From Spirulina sp. (lineage in GTDB: Bacteria > Cyanobacteriota > Cyanobacteriia > Phormidesmidales > Phormidesmidaceae), in contig JBIPSI010000020.1 of the NCBI GenBank assembly GCA_044070495.1, forward strand, positions 1 to 64,000: a stretch of DNA of 64,000 nucleotides. Reading direction: 5' to 3'. The position numbers and the translations under genes were made by a program. The notes below the pieces were generated by a model. That model searched no databases and had not been told where the DNA came from. It saw nothing but the letters and a program-made list of their open reading frames with translations. Below, piece by piece: positions 51,567 to 62,987 of this stretch; positions within the stretch are counted from its first letter, which is position 1; each line of letters opens with the position of its first letter.

Positions 51567-52580
51567 ATCTAGGCAACAGTTCACCCAGGGGCACCTTGCG
51601 GTTTGGGGATAGGCCACCCGCAACGGCAGGGCACCCCCAGAGGATCTGTTTTCAAACTTGGTCTACGTCGATGGGGTCTGACGCAGCCCAGGGTGTTTCG
51701 GCTGTTTGGATTATGCGCACAGCCCCAGAGCCTTGAGAAGGGGCGTTGAGAACGACTAGGGGCGTAAATCAGTCCTTAATAGACTAAATCGATTTTAAGC
51801 AGCTTTCCTAGCCTCAAAATCTGATTCAAGGATTTATAAATCCTAAAAATCAGTTTTGTGTAAATATTAAAATTAAATTAGAACAATAACAAAAACCAAA
51901 TCCTTAAATCTTTTAGCGCAGAATATTTCCGCCTAGGTAGTGGCAATCGGGCCATCCTCCCGCCTAGGCCGTTGCCCGCCAAACCTGGCCAACGCCCAAA
52001 CCATCAAAGGGTCAGGTCTTCTGTCCCTGGGTGTCTGACATTCTCAAGGGTAGGTTGGGTGCAGTGAAGCGAAACCCAACGCTCACGGAGGTTTTGGGGC
52101 TTGTTGGGTTCTGCTATCGCGCCACCCAACCTACGAGAAATCAAGGCCTCGCGGAGTTGTATCAGTCAGCCAGATCCTGACCTCTAACGTCTCCCAATGC
52201 TGTAGAGGACAGCCCGATGCAGAATCTTTGGCCCATCGCGTAGGGTGCATTCGCGAAGCAATGCACCACCCAGCAGTTTCGACCGAGTCATCAGCCTGAC
52301 AGGCTCGTTGATTCGGTTCTTGGCCTGTCGCGATCCCTGGCCGCGATTCAACGAAATCGAACTTTCTCTATAGATTTGTAAAACTTTTGTCTGTGCAACG
52401 AACTGTTGCCGATTGTGTGGAGATAGTTGCAATCCTCTTTCTCCCACTGGCCCCATGCAGGAGGTGAGTCTCAGTGGTGGATGGGGTCAGGAATTTTTGG
52501 CGCTGGCCGAGCCGTTCGATGGGGCGATGGTTGTGGATCAACCCTAGCAATGGCGGTTTTCTCCGGCATTTCTCAGGAAG

Positions 52581-53663
52581 ATGGGTTCTAATAAGTCATT
52601 GTCCCTAGTTATTCCAGCGAGTTTGCCGATGGTTGCCTCCCCCCCCTCTGTTTCCGCCGTTTCCACTGAATCTGCCGCTGTCCTTGGCGTAACGCCCTTT
52701 GATCAGCGGATTGGCCAACCCCTCACCAAGCTGCCGATTACGGTGCTGCAAATTAACCTAGGGCGGCGCTGCAACCTGGCCTGCACCCATTGCCATGTAG
52801 AAGCAGGGCCAAAGCGCACGGAGGAACTCTCGGCAACGGTGTGCGACCAGCTCATTGAGGTGATTCGCCGCTATCCGCAACTTGCCACGGTAGATTTGAC
52901 CGGTGGTGCCCCAGAGATGAACCACGGCTTTCGGCCCATCGTAGAGGCGGCCAGGGCGGCGGGCAAAACCGTGATGGTGCGCACGAATTTGACCATCTTT
53001 TTTGAACCGGGCTATGGCGACCTGCCGGACTATTTCGCCCACCATCAGCTTCAGGTAGTGGCTTCGATGCCCTGCTACCTAGAAAACAACGTTAACCAGC
53101 AGCGCGGATCGGGGGTCTACGATGCTTCGGTGCGGGCCTTGCAATGGCTCAACCAACTGGGCTATGGCCAAGACCCCAACCTGCGGCTAGATTTGGTCTA
53201 CAACCCCCCCGTGCCCCGCTCCGCCGAGTTCTCCCTCACCCCGCCCCAGGCCCAGCTCGAGGAAGACTATCGCGCCTACCTGAAAACCCACTTCGGCATT
53301 GCCTTCAACCAGCTCTATACCCTCACCAACCTGCCCATTGGCCGCGTCAAACAAGCGCTAATGGCTCAGGATCTCCATGAACCCTACCTTCAGTTCCTCT
53401 CGCTGCACCATAATGACGCCACCGTGGCTAATGTCATGTGCCGCAACCAGCTTTCCGTGGATTACCTAGGAAATCTCTACGACTGCGACTTTAACCAAAT
53501 GGAAGGGGTGCCCTGCCGCCTGCCCAACGGTCAACCCTTCACCGTGGCAGATTTGCTAACGGAAGCGGGATTAGATCAGCTTCAAACGGTGCAAACGCGG
53601 CCCTACTGCTATGGCTGCACGGCGGGCAGCGGATCTAGCTGTGGCGGTGCGTTGGTGGATTGA
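52581..53663 (+). CDS. arsS: Radical SAM protein of the ArsS/DUF3641 family
   Basis: CNLACTHC, DLTGGAPE, YDCDFNQM, CYGCTAGSGSSCGG. Confidence 0.85.
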   Translation: MGSNKSLSLVIPASLPMVASPPSVSAVSTESAAVLGVTPFDQRIGQPLTKLPITVLQINLGRRCNLACTHCHVEAGPKRTEELSATVCDQLIEVIRRYPQLATVDLTGGAPEMNHGFRPIVEAARAAGKTVMVRTNLTIFFEPGYGDLPDYFAHHQLQVVASMPCYLENNVNQQRGSGVYDASVRALQWLNQLGYGQDPNLRLDLVYNPPVPRSAEFSLTPPQAQLEEDYRAYLKTHFGIAFNQLYTLTNLPIGRVKQALMAQDLHEPYLQFLSLHHNDATVANVMCRNQLSVDYLGNLYDCDFNQMEGVPCRLPNGQPFTVADLLTEAGLDQLQTVQTRPYCYGCTAGSGSSCGGALVD

Positions 53664-53674
53664 GTATTGACCCA

Positions 53675-56600
53675 TCAGGAGGGGGTCGTTAGCTGAGCTT
53701 GCCATAGGGCCATCGCCATCTGGTTCAATAGGGTTTCTGCGTCAAAGGGCTTATCCAAAAAGGCGTTGGCCCCCAAGGCTCGGGCGAGGGTTTCGTGGCT
53801 GGGAATACCGCTAAAGGCGACGATCGGCACCTCGGTATTGTGGGCGCGTAGGATTTCGATCAAGGTTAGGCCGTCTACGACGGGCATCATGATGTCGGTC
53901 ATGACGAGCTGAATGGTGTCTTGGTGCTGTTGGTACAGTGCTAGGGCGGCGGCCCCATCCTCGGCCAGGATGAGGTGATAGTGGTGGCTTTCGAGGAGCG
54001 AACGCAACATTTCGCGCAGGATTTCTTCGTCCTCCGCCAGCAGCACCGTTGCCCCTGGGGGGCTGGGGAGGATGGGCCGTGGCGAGGCTTCCTCATCTCC
54101 GGGGACAGGGTCGGCAACCTGGGGAAGGTATATCTGAAACCGGGTACCCTGGCCCACTTCGCTCCAAACCTGTAAAAAGCCGCCGCTGTCCTTCACCAAT
54201 TCGCGCACGGTGGCCAAACCCAAGCCGGTGCCCTGTTTGGGGGCTTTGGTGGTAAAAAACGGTTCAAACATCCGCCTTTGCACCTCAGGGGTAATGCCGA
54301 TGCCGGTGTCGGCCACGGTAATCACCAGGTAGGGGCCACTATGGGCCTCTGGAATTTGGCTGGCCATGGCCTCGTCCACCTGGGTTTGGGCCACCGCCAG
54401 GGTGAGGGTGCCGCCCTTGGGCATGGCGTCGCGGGCGTTGACGCATAGGTTGAGGAGGATCTGGTGCAGGTAGGTGGGGTCGGCCATAATTCTGCCCAGG
54501 GGCGCGGTAACGGGGTCTGATGGGGGCAAACTAGCCTGAATTCGGATAGATTTCGGAAAACTTTGCTGAATTAGCGCAATTTCCTCCCATAGCAATGCCA
54601 CCGGATCGACAGGGATGGGATCGCCGTTGGGGGCGCGGGTGACCGCCAGAATTTGTTTAACTAGGTTGGCTCCCCGTTGGGCACTCCGTTCGATTAGGGC
54701 GAGTTGATCCTGCCCCTTGTCGTCTAGCCCTGGCTGGGTCTGCCCCAGGTTTTGGGCCATGGTCAAAATGGGGGTGAGGACGTTGTTGAGGTCGTGGGCG
54801 ATGCCGCTGGCCAAGGTGCCCAGATTCTCTAGCCATTGGGCATGGTAAAACTGGGCTTCCATCGCCTTCCGTTCAGTGATGTCGGTGGAGATGCCGCCGA
54901 GGGCGTAGGGTTGGCCCTCGGCATCGTAGAGGGGAAACTTGACGGTGATGTAGCTGTGATTACCATCGGCAAGGGGAACCGTCTCCTCAACTTGCAGCCG
55001 TTGGCCCGTGTCTAGCACCGTGTGGTTTTGAGCAGCAAAGAGATCGGCGGTCTTGGTGGGCCACACCCCATGGATGGGCTTGCCGATCAGGGCTTCTGGC
55101 GTGGTCGCGAGCTGTTGGGCATAGCTCTGGTTGACCAGCAGATGCCGGTTCTGCCTATCGATGAGATAAATGATGGCAGGGGAGTTGTCTAGAATGGCCT
55201 GGAGCCGTCGCTCACTGGCCCGCAGAGCCTGTTCGGTGGTGCGCCGTTCAGTGATGTCTACGGCGGTGCAGACATGGCCAATAATTTCTTGGTGGCTGGC
55301 CTGAATGGGGGCAAAACCCATGGAAATCCAGCGAATGGTTCCGGTTGGGGTTAGCAGCCGAACGTCGGGCGGGCTTTGGAGGTCGTCACCTTCTAAATAA
55401 CTGGCCCAGGCGGTGGATAGGGCCTCATAATCGTCGGGATGAACGCTATGAAGCCAGCCAGCCCCCAGGCAGTCTTCGTAGCTAAACCCTGAGAGTTCGC
55501 ACCAGCGGGGGTTGACGTATAGGCAAACGCCATCGGCATTGGTCTGACAAATGCCAATGGGGGCCGCTGTACTGAGGGAACGAAAGCGGGCCTCACTTTC
55601 CTCCAGCACCGTCTGCATGGCCTCCCGTGCAGCGAGCTCGTTGCGGGCCTGGGCGTAGAGTTCAGACTGGTGGATGGCAATGCCCACCTGGGTAGTCAAC
55701 CGCTTCAGCAGGGCAATGTCTGAACCTTGCCACTGGCGCGGGGCATCACACTGATGGGCGATCAACAATCCCCAAAGGATCTTTCCCCTAAAAATCGGTA
55801 CGGCCAAACTAGCCTGCACCTGAAACTGCTGCAACAGATCCACGTAGCAAGGTTCTAAACCGGGCTGACGAATGTCGTCTAAGACCGCCACATGGCCCCG
55901 GCGAAAGGGTTCAATTAAGCGATCAGCAAAGCAGGGGTCGGCAATGGTCGTGGACTGAATCGCTGTCCACCCATCGCCCACCGATTCCATCACCACATCG
56001 CCCTGCCAGTTGGGCCAAAAGCGAAAAATGACGACGCGATCACAACTCAGCCAATCTCGCACCCGATTCACCGCCGTGCAGAGTACCTGGCTAAGATCGA
56101 GGGACTGGCGAATTTCCTGGGCAATGTCGCCCAGCAAATACTCCTGGCGAATTTGCTGCTCTAGGGTAAGGGCAGCCACCTTACGATCGGTGACATCGCT
56201 AAATAAGACAGCCGCCTGGCGGGTTCTCCCATCGCCAATCCGCGAGACATAGGACGAATACCAGCGTTTGGTGTGTTCGTTATAGTTCTCTAGGCGAATG
56301 GGCTGCCCGGTCCGCACAACTTGCTCGTAGACGGCAAGGCAGTGGGCGTTTGTGGTTGGCGTAATCTCGCCGCCCAACCGACCCACGACGTTTTTTAAAC
56401 CGGTCTGCCGTTCAAAGGCTGGGTTGACTTCCATAAAGCGGTAATCCACTGGATTACCAGCTTCGTCCTCAATCAACTCGATAATACAGAAGCCCTCATC
56501 CATCAAATTAAATAAAGATTGATACCTGGCTTCCGAAACCTGAAGGGTCTGTTCGGCGTAGGCCCGTTCGATGCGGGGAAAGGTGCGGTTGGCCACCTCT

Positions 56601-57463
56601 TGAATCAGATCAATCTCATCGTTACGCCAGCGGCGGACGGCGGAATCACCGACTACAAACAGGTATTTCCAAACCCCTTGGCGATGAAAGGGCACGGCAA
56701 TGTAGGCATAGGCCTTGAGGGCAGCGTAGCGCTGGCTATCGACGCGAGGATCGCTCTGGGTATCGTTGATGATAATGGGGTCTCCGGCCCGTGCCGCCCG
56801 CCGGAAATCTTCGTTGATAAAGTCGGAGAGACAATATCTCCCCGCCACCTCTGGGGTATCGGCGGTGTGCCAGGCGTGGTAAGCCATCGCCTGATCGTGT
56901 TCCTCGTCAATTTCAAAAAACAGGCAGGTGGTCGTCGCTAGATACGCGCCTACCTTTGCGCCGATGGCCTGCATAATGTCCTGGGCGGTCGAAAGCCGAG
57001 AAAAGTCATCCTCAAGGCTGGCAAAAAAGACCAGGTGCGCGGCGATGCTTTTGAGATCCGGCACCGTATCCACCGTGAGAAGACGGCCTGAGGCTGCCCC
57101 AGAGGACGGCGCAGCAACCACTTCTCCATACTGCGGATTGAGCTGATACCCCCGCCGAGGCACCGTTTTCACCAGGTCTGCCGGGGCACCGTGCTCGCAA
57201 AGCACCCGGCGCAACCGCTGGATCTGGGTACGAATCTCGCTATCCCTGGGAGGAGCTAAGCCACCCCAGCCGCGCTCTGCCATGGCGTGGGCACTCAGAA
57301 TGGCGGGAGCCCAACGCAGCAAGATTTCCAGCAGCCGGTATTGCAGAGGCGTTAAGGGCAGATCTGTCTCACCATAGCTCACCTGTAGCTGGCTAGGATC
57401 TAAGCACAGGGAACCCCATCTCAACACCGGGGACTTTAGCTGATTAGAACGATGATTCTGCAT
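53675..57463 (-). CDS. Hybrid sensor histidine kinase: wHTH-GAF-PAS-CBCR GAF-PAS-PAS-HisKA-HATPase-REC
   Basis: VKTVPRRGY (OmpR-type wHTH), DPCF and CY (DXCF cyanobacteriochrome), AHDLNN, NARDAM, GTGLGL, DIMMP. Confidence 0.9.
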   Translation of the reverse strand: MQNHRSNQLKSPVLRWGSLCLDPSQLQVSYGETDLPLTPLQYRLLEILLRWAPAILSAHAMAERGWGGLAPPRDSEIRTQIQRLRRVLCEHGAPADLVKTVPRRGYQLNPQYGEVVAAPSSGAASGRLLTVDTVPDLKSIAAHLVFFASLEDDFSRLSTAQDIMQAIGAKVGAYLATTTCLFFEIDEEHDQAMAYHAWHTADTPEVAGRYCLSDFINEDFRRAARAGDPIIINDTQSDPRVDSQRYAALKAYAYIAVPFHRQGVWKYLFVVGDSAVRRWRNDEIDLIQEVANRTFPRIERAYAEQTLQVSEARYQSLFNLMDEGFCIIELIEDEAGNPVDYRFMEVNPAFERQTGLKNVVGRLGGEITPTTNAHCLAVYEQVVRTGQPIRLENYNEHTKRWYSSYVSRIGDGRTRQAAVLFSDVTDRKVAALTLEQQIRQEYLLGDIAQEIRQSLDLSQVLCTAVNRVRDWLSCDRVVIFRFWPNWQGDVVMESVGDGWTAIQSTTIADPCFADRLIEPFRRGHVAVLDDIRQPGLEPCYVDLLQQFQVQASLAVPIFRGKILWGLLIAHQCDAPRQWQGSDIALLKRLTTQVGIAIHQSELYAQARNELAAREAMQTVLEESEARFRSLSTAAPIGICQTNADGVCLYVNPRWCELSGFSYEDCLGAGWLHSVHPDDYEALSTAWASYLEGDDLQSPPDVRLLTPTGTIRWISMGFAPIQASHQEIIGHVCTAVDITERRTTEQALRASERRLQAILDNSPAIIYLIDRQNRHLLVNQSYAQQLATTPEALIGKPIHGVWPTKTADLFAAQNHTVLDTGQRLQVEETVPLADGNHSYITVKFPLYDAEGQPYALGGISTDITERKAMEAQFYHAQWLENLGTLASGIAHDLNNVLTPILTMAQNLGQTQPGLDDKGQDQLALIERSAQRGANLVKQILAVTRAPNGDPIPVDPVALLWEEIALIQQSFPKSIRIQASLPPSDPVTAPLGRIMADPTYLHQILLNLCVNARDAMPKGGTLTLAVAQTQVDEAMASQIPEAHSGPYLVITVADTGIGITPEVQRRMFEPFFTTKAPKQGTGLGLATVRELVKDSGGFLQVWSEVGQGTRFQIYLPQVADPVPGDEEASPRPILPSPPGATVLLAEDEEILREMLRSLLESHHYHLILAEDGAAALALYQQHQDTIQLVMTDIMMPVVDGLTLIEILRAHNTEVPIVAFSGIPSHETLARALGANAFLDKPFDAETLLNQMAMALWQAQLTTPS

Positions 57464-57873
57464 GACAACGAGTTCGGATTTTCAGCGGAACTTAAACAAC
57501 GGTTCACCCCATTGATGAAAGAAACGCAAGCTATTAGAGTACCTATCGAAGGTTTATTGCCGACTCTTCAAGACAGGCGCGATCACCCGTTTTTAGGTTT
57601 TTCTGCCACGCCCTGCATTTCTCTCAATGATAACCTCCTTCACAAATTCCTTACAAGTATCTTGCATAATCTTAAAGAAGAAAGTAGTTCACCTTTTAAG
57701 GGCAGATAATGTAAAGCTATATAAACGCCATTGTCCTGATGGGTTCGATTGAGAAAAATAAATTTTGAATAAATTTCAGGTGTTTTGTAAGTCTCGTTAG
57801 ATTCACACTTTTAGATCATCACAGTTTTAGATCAATAGAGTTTGCATCCTATCATCAGGCAAGGTTAACAAAA

Positions 57874-58044
57874 ATGAACATAGCATCAACCATAAAATCA
57901 AGATCTTTTCACATGTCTTGCCAGCGATGCAAATACTATCAACACCAAGGCAGACGGGGTGGGCAGTGTCATCGGCTCGATGTACCCGTTAAAGCCGATT
58001 GGCGTGCCTGTTCCTTAGCTATTTCTGTATTTTTAGCCGCCTAG
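57874..58044 (+). CDS. 56-aa Cys-rich small protein, not in the ORF track
   Basis: Hand translation MNIASTIKSRSFHMSCQRCKYYQHQGRRGGQCHRLDVPVKADWRACSLAISVFLAA. Confidence 0.7.
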   Translation: MNIASTIKSRSFHMSCQRCKYYQHQGRRGGQCHRLDVPVKADWRACSLAISVFLAA

Positions 58045-58428
58045 GATCGGTCTATTCTTCCTGATTGACTGGCAAAACTTGCCAGAACTGCCACAGGCTC
58101 AGGAAACTTAATCCCCTGATTGCCTGACACATCTTCTATGTAGGTTAGGTGCAGCGATGCGGAACCCAACACTCGCCGAGGATTTCGAGCTTGTTGGGTT
58201 CTGCTATCGCGCCGTCCAACCTACCGAACGATACCTGAGACAACCCTTTTCAAACCCCCTCAAAGAGACTCATTCATTGACACAAAACCTTAGCGAAATG
58301 GAAGGTGGCGAATGGCCTACTACCTTTCTACAAGTACCTTGACAGCGCATAGCCAAGCGCATTCTTCTTCTTAGGTTCTTGTATATCTAAGGACATTTTT
58401 CGGTTACCATATCCCTTACATTTTTTCT

Positions 58429-58752
58429 TTGTTGCCCCCGGTATTCGATATGATCATCTCTTTAAGTTCCATCACCCATCGAACCAGTCAACTTTTCAGC
58501 CAATCAGGCTCAGCCCTGAAGCAATTTTTGAGGCCCCAACAGCCTTGGTGGGTGAAAATTCACACTCAAAACCCAACCTATACCTACTACTTTGGGCCTT
58601 TTGATGGTAAGGCAGAGGCTATGGTGGCACAGGCAGGCTACGTTGAAGACTTAGAGCAGGAAAATGCTCAGAATATTCGGCTTGAAGTGAATCAATTTTC
58701 TCCCCAGCAGCTAACGATTGATGAAGACGTGCTATCTCCGCTAGCTCGCTGA
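58429..58752 (+). CDS. DUF1816 family protein
   Basis: WWVKIHT..P..TYYFGPF, GYVEDLEQE. Confidence 0.88.
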   Translation: MLPPVFDMIISLSSITHRTSQLFSQSGSALKQFLRPQQPWWVKIHTQNPTYTYYFGPFDGKAEAMVAQAGYVEDLEQENAQNIRLEVNQFSPQQLTIDEDVLSPLAR

Positions 58753-59153
58753 GTAACCAGCAATTCTCAGTATGACTAGGCTGGTGAATAAAATACCGCT
58801 CAGGCTGAGGGCGAACGGCCAATTTGCCAAAATGAGAATTGCTGCTGAGTAACAAACCTGAGTTCGGGTTAAGCTCAGCAGCCCTATGCCCTGGCAGCCC
58901 TCACCCCCAGCCCCTCTCCCACGAGGAGAGGGGAGCTAGAAAGGCTCAAAGTCCCTCTCCCTTGGGGAGAGGGATTTAGGGTGAGGGCTGAAGTACAAGC
59001 TGGCAGTAGGTTTCTCAAGATTGAAGTGTTTGGCTTATCCCGAACTGAGGTTAACAAGGTATGCCCAAGGAGGGATTGGGTATCCCCTTGCTACGCCCAG
59101 CATAGCCGCTACCCGCTATCGGCGGCGGCTTGACTATGTCCACGCCATGATGC

Positions 59154-59756
59154 CTACAGTTCAGAGTCAACGGGAAGGCCGCTGGGGGTTTGAAGGGAGC
59201 GACCATCCACAGGGGTGGCCACTGGCGCAGGGATCGGGAAGGCGGGTTCATCGATGGCAATGTGAAGGGTCTCGCCGGGAACCCCATGCGGCCCTTGGGC
59301 CACCGACCACCGGGCTGGGCCAGATCCCATGGTGCCCGATAGCAGGTTTAAGACGCCCACAATGGCAACGCCTGCCCCGGCCATGGTAACCATCCGCAGC
59401 CGACGATTGAGGCATTGAAACACCCCGGAGAGGGTGACTTCTGGATCGCAAGGGGTGTTACAGGCATCCTCTCGCAGACCATGGCGCAGCGCCATAAGGC
59501 GGTTGTATAGGCACTTGGCGGTGGGGTCATTGTGGAGCCAAGTTTGGACAAGGCGACGCTCCTCCGGGGTCACTTCCCCATCGAGGTAGGCGCTCAGCAG
59601 TTCAAAGCGATCTCGTTTCATTACATCTAGGTCCGAACACATCGCTACAGCGGAACCGAACCGGGGACTGACTTGGCCGTAGTGGCCCCCGCGACCTTGG
59701 AGTGAAACCGGCGTGTAAGGGGAGGTGGACATACCGAAAACAGCACCTAAAGTCAT
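59154..59756 (-). CDS. Anti-sigma-factor-like membrane protein
   Basis: RFELLSAYLDGEVT..ER..V..WL followed by a TM helix. Confidence 0.8.
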   Translation of the reverse strand: MTLGAVFGMSTSPYTPVSLQGRGGHYGQVSPRFGSAVAMCSDLDVMKRDRFELLSAYLDGEVTPEERRLVQTWLHNDPTAKCLYNRLMALRHGLREDACNTPCDPEVTLSGVFQCLNRRLRMVTMAGAGVAIVGVLNLLSGTMGSGPARWSVAQGPHGVPGETLHIAIDEPAFPIPAPVATPVDGRSLQTPSGLPVDSEL

Positions 59757-60153
59757 GACACTAGACGACAGAGGCGACTCCCAGGTTTCCCAGGCTGGGG
59801 ATCGGGCATTGGCCTATTACATTGAGAAGCCAGAACTGATCATAAGCGGAATTTCTAAAAATCGGTAATCCCCCTTAGAAGAATTCGTTATTTCTTTAGG
59901 GCAGATTGGCAAATCAGCCCTGTCAAGGTAAGAGGGCGTTTACTCCCTGGTGGTCGTGGCCAGAGTCCCTCAGTCTATCGGCGTTTGGGGAATAGTTGAA
60001 CCCCCTTGACAGGGCTGAGATTAGCCAATCTACGAACAGCGCTAGATGGCTTCCACCGGATCCCATCTAGGGCGCAGTCATGGGCCATTTCCTTTGCCGA
60101 GGGGGATGGCCGTGAGCTAGGGTTAGAACCAGTGCTCTCGAACGACTGCCCCT

Positions 60154-61371
60154 GTGATGACTTCCTCCGCCACCCACCCATCGACCGCCGACCTCGACAG
60201 GCTACTTCACCATCGTCAGACCTTTCCCGCCCTTCAGCGGAGCCAGTATTTTAACTACGGTGGCCAAGGCCCCATGGCGACGGTGGCCCTAGAGGCCATG
60301 GCCGAAACCCATCGCCACATTCAAACCGTGGGGCCGTTTTCCAACACGGTGAACCAGTGGATTGGGGCCGAGGCCGCCCGTACCCGTGAGGCCATCGCCG
60401 CCGAGTTGGGCACCACCGCCGCCACCATTACCCTCACCGAAGACGTGACCGTGGGCTGCAATATCCCCCTGTGGGGAATGCCCTGGCAGGCGGGCGACCA
60501 TATTCTGCTGTCCGACTGTGAACACCCTGGGGTGATTGCGGCGGTAGAAGAAATTAGCCGTCGCTACGGCGTCACCCACAGCCCTTGCCCCCTGCTGGAG
60601 ACGGTGAACGGCGGCGACCCGGTGGCGGTGATTGATCGCGCCCTGCAACCCAATACCCGCCTGCTGGTGATCAGCCATGTGTTTTGGAATACGGGCCAAG
60701 TGCTTCCCCTCCAGGCCATCGTGGATCTCTGCCATAGTCGGCCCCAGCCCGTGCGGGTGTTTGTGGATGCGGCCCAGTCGGTGGGGGTGCTGCCCCTGGA
60801 TTTGCCTGCCCTGGGGGTGGATTTCTATGCCTTTACGGGGCATAAGTGGTGGTGTGGGCCGGGGGGATTGGGTGGCTTGTACGTTAGCCCAGCGGCCCTA
60901 GAGGCCATTCATCCCACCTTCATCGGCTGGCGCAGCATCACCACCGATGCCACCGGAAACCCCACGGGGTGGCAGCCCAACGGCCAACGCTTTGAAGTGG
61001 CCACCTCTGACTACGCCCTCCAGGCTGGACTGCGGGCCGCCCTAGCCCACCAGGCCACCTGGGGCACCGCCGAAGAACGCTACCAGCGCATCTGCCAACT
61101 CAGCCAGCGGCTTTGGCAGCAGTTGAACACCCTTCCCCATCTGCGCCCAGTGCGGCAAACGCCCCCCGATTCGGGCCTGATTTCCTTTTGGGTGCTGCAC
61201 AACGGCGAACCCTCCCCCCAACACCACCGGCAACTGGTAAACACCCTAGAATCCGAGGGCATCTTCCTGCGTACCCTGCTGTCGCCCAACTGTGTGCGGG
61301 CCTGCGTCCACTACCTCACCCTAGAATCCGAGGTCGATGCCCTAACGGAACGCTTGCGCCACTCGGTATGA
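60154..61371 (+). CDS. Class V PLP aminotransferase, cystine/cysteine lyase C-DES-like
   Basis: [29 protein letters not shown]. Confidence 0.88.
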   Translation: MMTSSATHPSTADLDRLLHHRQTFPALQRSQYFNYGGQGPMATVALEAMAETHRHIQTVGPFSNTVNQWIGAEAARTREAIAAELGTTAATITLTEDVTVGCNIPLWGMPWQAGDHILLSDCEHPGVIAAVEEISRRYGVTHSPCPLLETVNGGDPVAVIDRALQPNTRLLVISHVFWNTGQVLPLQAIVDLCHSRPQPVRVFVDAAQSVGVLPLDLPALGVDFYAFTGHKWWCGPGGLGGLYVSPAALEAIHPTFIGWRSITTDATGNPTGWQPNGQRFEVATSDYALQAGLRAALAHQATWGTAEERYQRICQLSQRLWQQLNTLPHLRPVRQTPPDSGLISFWVLHNGEPSPQHHRQLVNTLESEGIFLRTLLSPNCVRACVHYLTLESEVDALTERLRHSV

Positions 61372-61411
61372 TGGGGCCGATGCCCTCTCCCCGCTGCTCC
61401 CAGCTACTGCC

Positions 61412-61981
61412 ATGTCCCACGACACCACAACGGCTCTGGTTCTCCAGGCCCTCCAGTTTGCGGCTCTCAAACATCGGGATCAACGCCGTAAGGATGCGGC
61501 GGCTTCCCCCTACGTCAACCACCTGATTACCGTGGCGAACCTCTTGGCCAACACCGGGGCCGTCACCGACGCCGTTACCCTGATGGGGGGCATTCTGCAC
61601 GACACCATCGAAGATACTGAAACCACCCCCGACGAGCTAGAGGCCGCCTTTGGCCCAAGGGTGCGCCAGGTGGTGCAGGAGGTCACCGACGATAAGCGCC
61701 TCCCCAAGGCGGATCGCAAGCGAATTCAGATCGAGAAAGCGCCTCACCTGTCTATCCACGCCCGCCAGATCAAGCTGGCCGACAAAATTTCCAATGTGCA
61801 GGATATCACCCACTCCCCCCCAGCCGCCTGGTCGTTGGAACGCTGCCAAGCATACCTAGCCTGGACGGAACAGGTTGTAGCGGGGTGCCGGGGGGCAAAT
61901 CCGGCCCTAGAAGCCCTCTACGACCAAGCCCTAGCGGCAGGCTGGCAGGCCCTAGGGAAGCCTACCCCCACGCCCAATTAG
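61412..61981 (+). CDS. HD-domain hydrolase (Mesh1/SpoT-hydrolase-like)
   Basis: [27 protein letters not shown]. Confidence 0.88.
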   Translation: MSHDTTTALVLQALQFAALKHRDQRRKDAAASPYVNHLITVANLLANTGAVTDAVTLMGGILHDTIEDTETTPDELEAAFGPRVRQVVQEVTDDKRLPKADRKRIQIEKAPHLSIHARQIKLADKISNVQDITHSPPAAWSLERCQAYLAWTEQVVAGCRGANPALEALYDQALAAGWQALGKPTPTPN

Positions 61982-62107
61982 GCCATCCTAATTCCCCGCC
62001 CGTCACACCGTAGGGGCGAGATCTCCTCGCCCGGTTGAACCGGGGACAAGCCCTCAGGATGTCCTGAGGGAGGCAGGACGCCATGGCTTTGAACAGGGCT
62101 TGATCAT

Positions 62108-62143
62108 AAAAAAGACGCTTGATCGCCTTGAGATCAAACGTCT
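62108..62143 (-). terminator. Intrinsic terminator
   Basis: Minus strand AGACGTTTGATC-7 nt-GATCAAGCGTCT followed by a T run. Confidence 0.65.
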
Positions 62144-62544
62144 ATAGCTGGAGATAAAGCCTGAGCTTAGAAAGCACGGGTTTCTTTCACCTGGAGCAAC
62201 AGGGCCAAGACACAGTCCCTAGGGCCGCTAGCGCAGGGCTTGGGTTCCATGCTGTAGCCATTATGGGGATGGTTAGGCCGAGAAGCAAACGACAGGCCGT
62301 CAAAGATTTCTAACCCGACAACTGCCCCTGCCGTTGGGATTTGGGGTATATCGAGGGGGTGGGCTGCGGATTGGGTTGTCGCGAACCCTGGGTAGCGATC
62401 CCTTGTCAAATAGCCCCTATTCAATAAACTATGGATATCGTCAAGGCAAAGCATGTTTGGTCTTGGCTGTGGGGCTGTCGGTGCCCTAGCCGATACCACC
62501 TCGGCTAAAGACGTTGTTTCGTACCCTGTCACCCTGCCTGAACC

Positions 62545-62985
62545 ATGGCTCCCCTTCCCTTGTCTCGTCCCCACCAGTTGACCCTTGGCCCCCTAGAACA
62601 GGAAATTTTGTCCATTCTGTGGCAGCGAGGTTCCGCCACGGTGAAGGACATTTTGGAAGAGATTTTGACAGATCTAGATCGCGATCTCAGCCAAGCTACG
62701 GTGACGACGGTGTTGCAGCGTCTCGCCAAAAAGGGTTGGGTGCGCCGAGAGCCAATCACCTTCTCCAGCCTGAAAGGCCGAAAGGGCTACGTGTGGCACC
62801 CCCAGGTGAGCCAGCAGGAAGCTAGGATGCTGCAATCCCACCGACAGCTTGAAGAATTCTTGGCCATCAGCAACCCAGACCTTGTCGCCGCCTTTGCTGA
62901 TAGCCTAGATGCCACGGCCCTAGACCGCTTGGAAGCCATTGCCCGTCGTCTGCGGGATATCCGCGCCACCCAGGAGGATGCCTAA
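62545..62985 (+). CDS. BlaI/MecI/CopY family repressor
   Basis: LGPLEQEIL.ILW..GSATVKD, TVTTVLQRL.KKG. Confidence 0.9.
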   Translation: MAPLPLSRPHQLTLGPLEQEILSILWQRGSATVKDILEEILTDLDRDLSQATVTTVLQRLAKKGWVRREPITFSSLKGRKGYVWHPQVSQQEARMLQSHRQLEEFLAISNPDLVAAFADSLDATALDRLEAIARRLRDIRATQEDA

Positions 62986-62987
62986 CC

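Noticed and set aside
51418..51594. N-terminal extension of ChlL
   Set aside because: Read-through of a palindromic repeat
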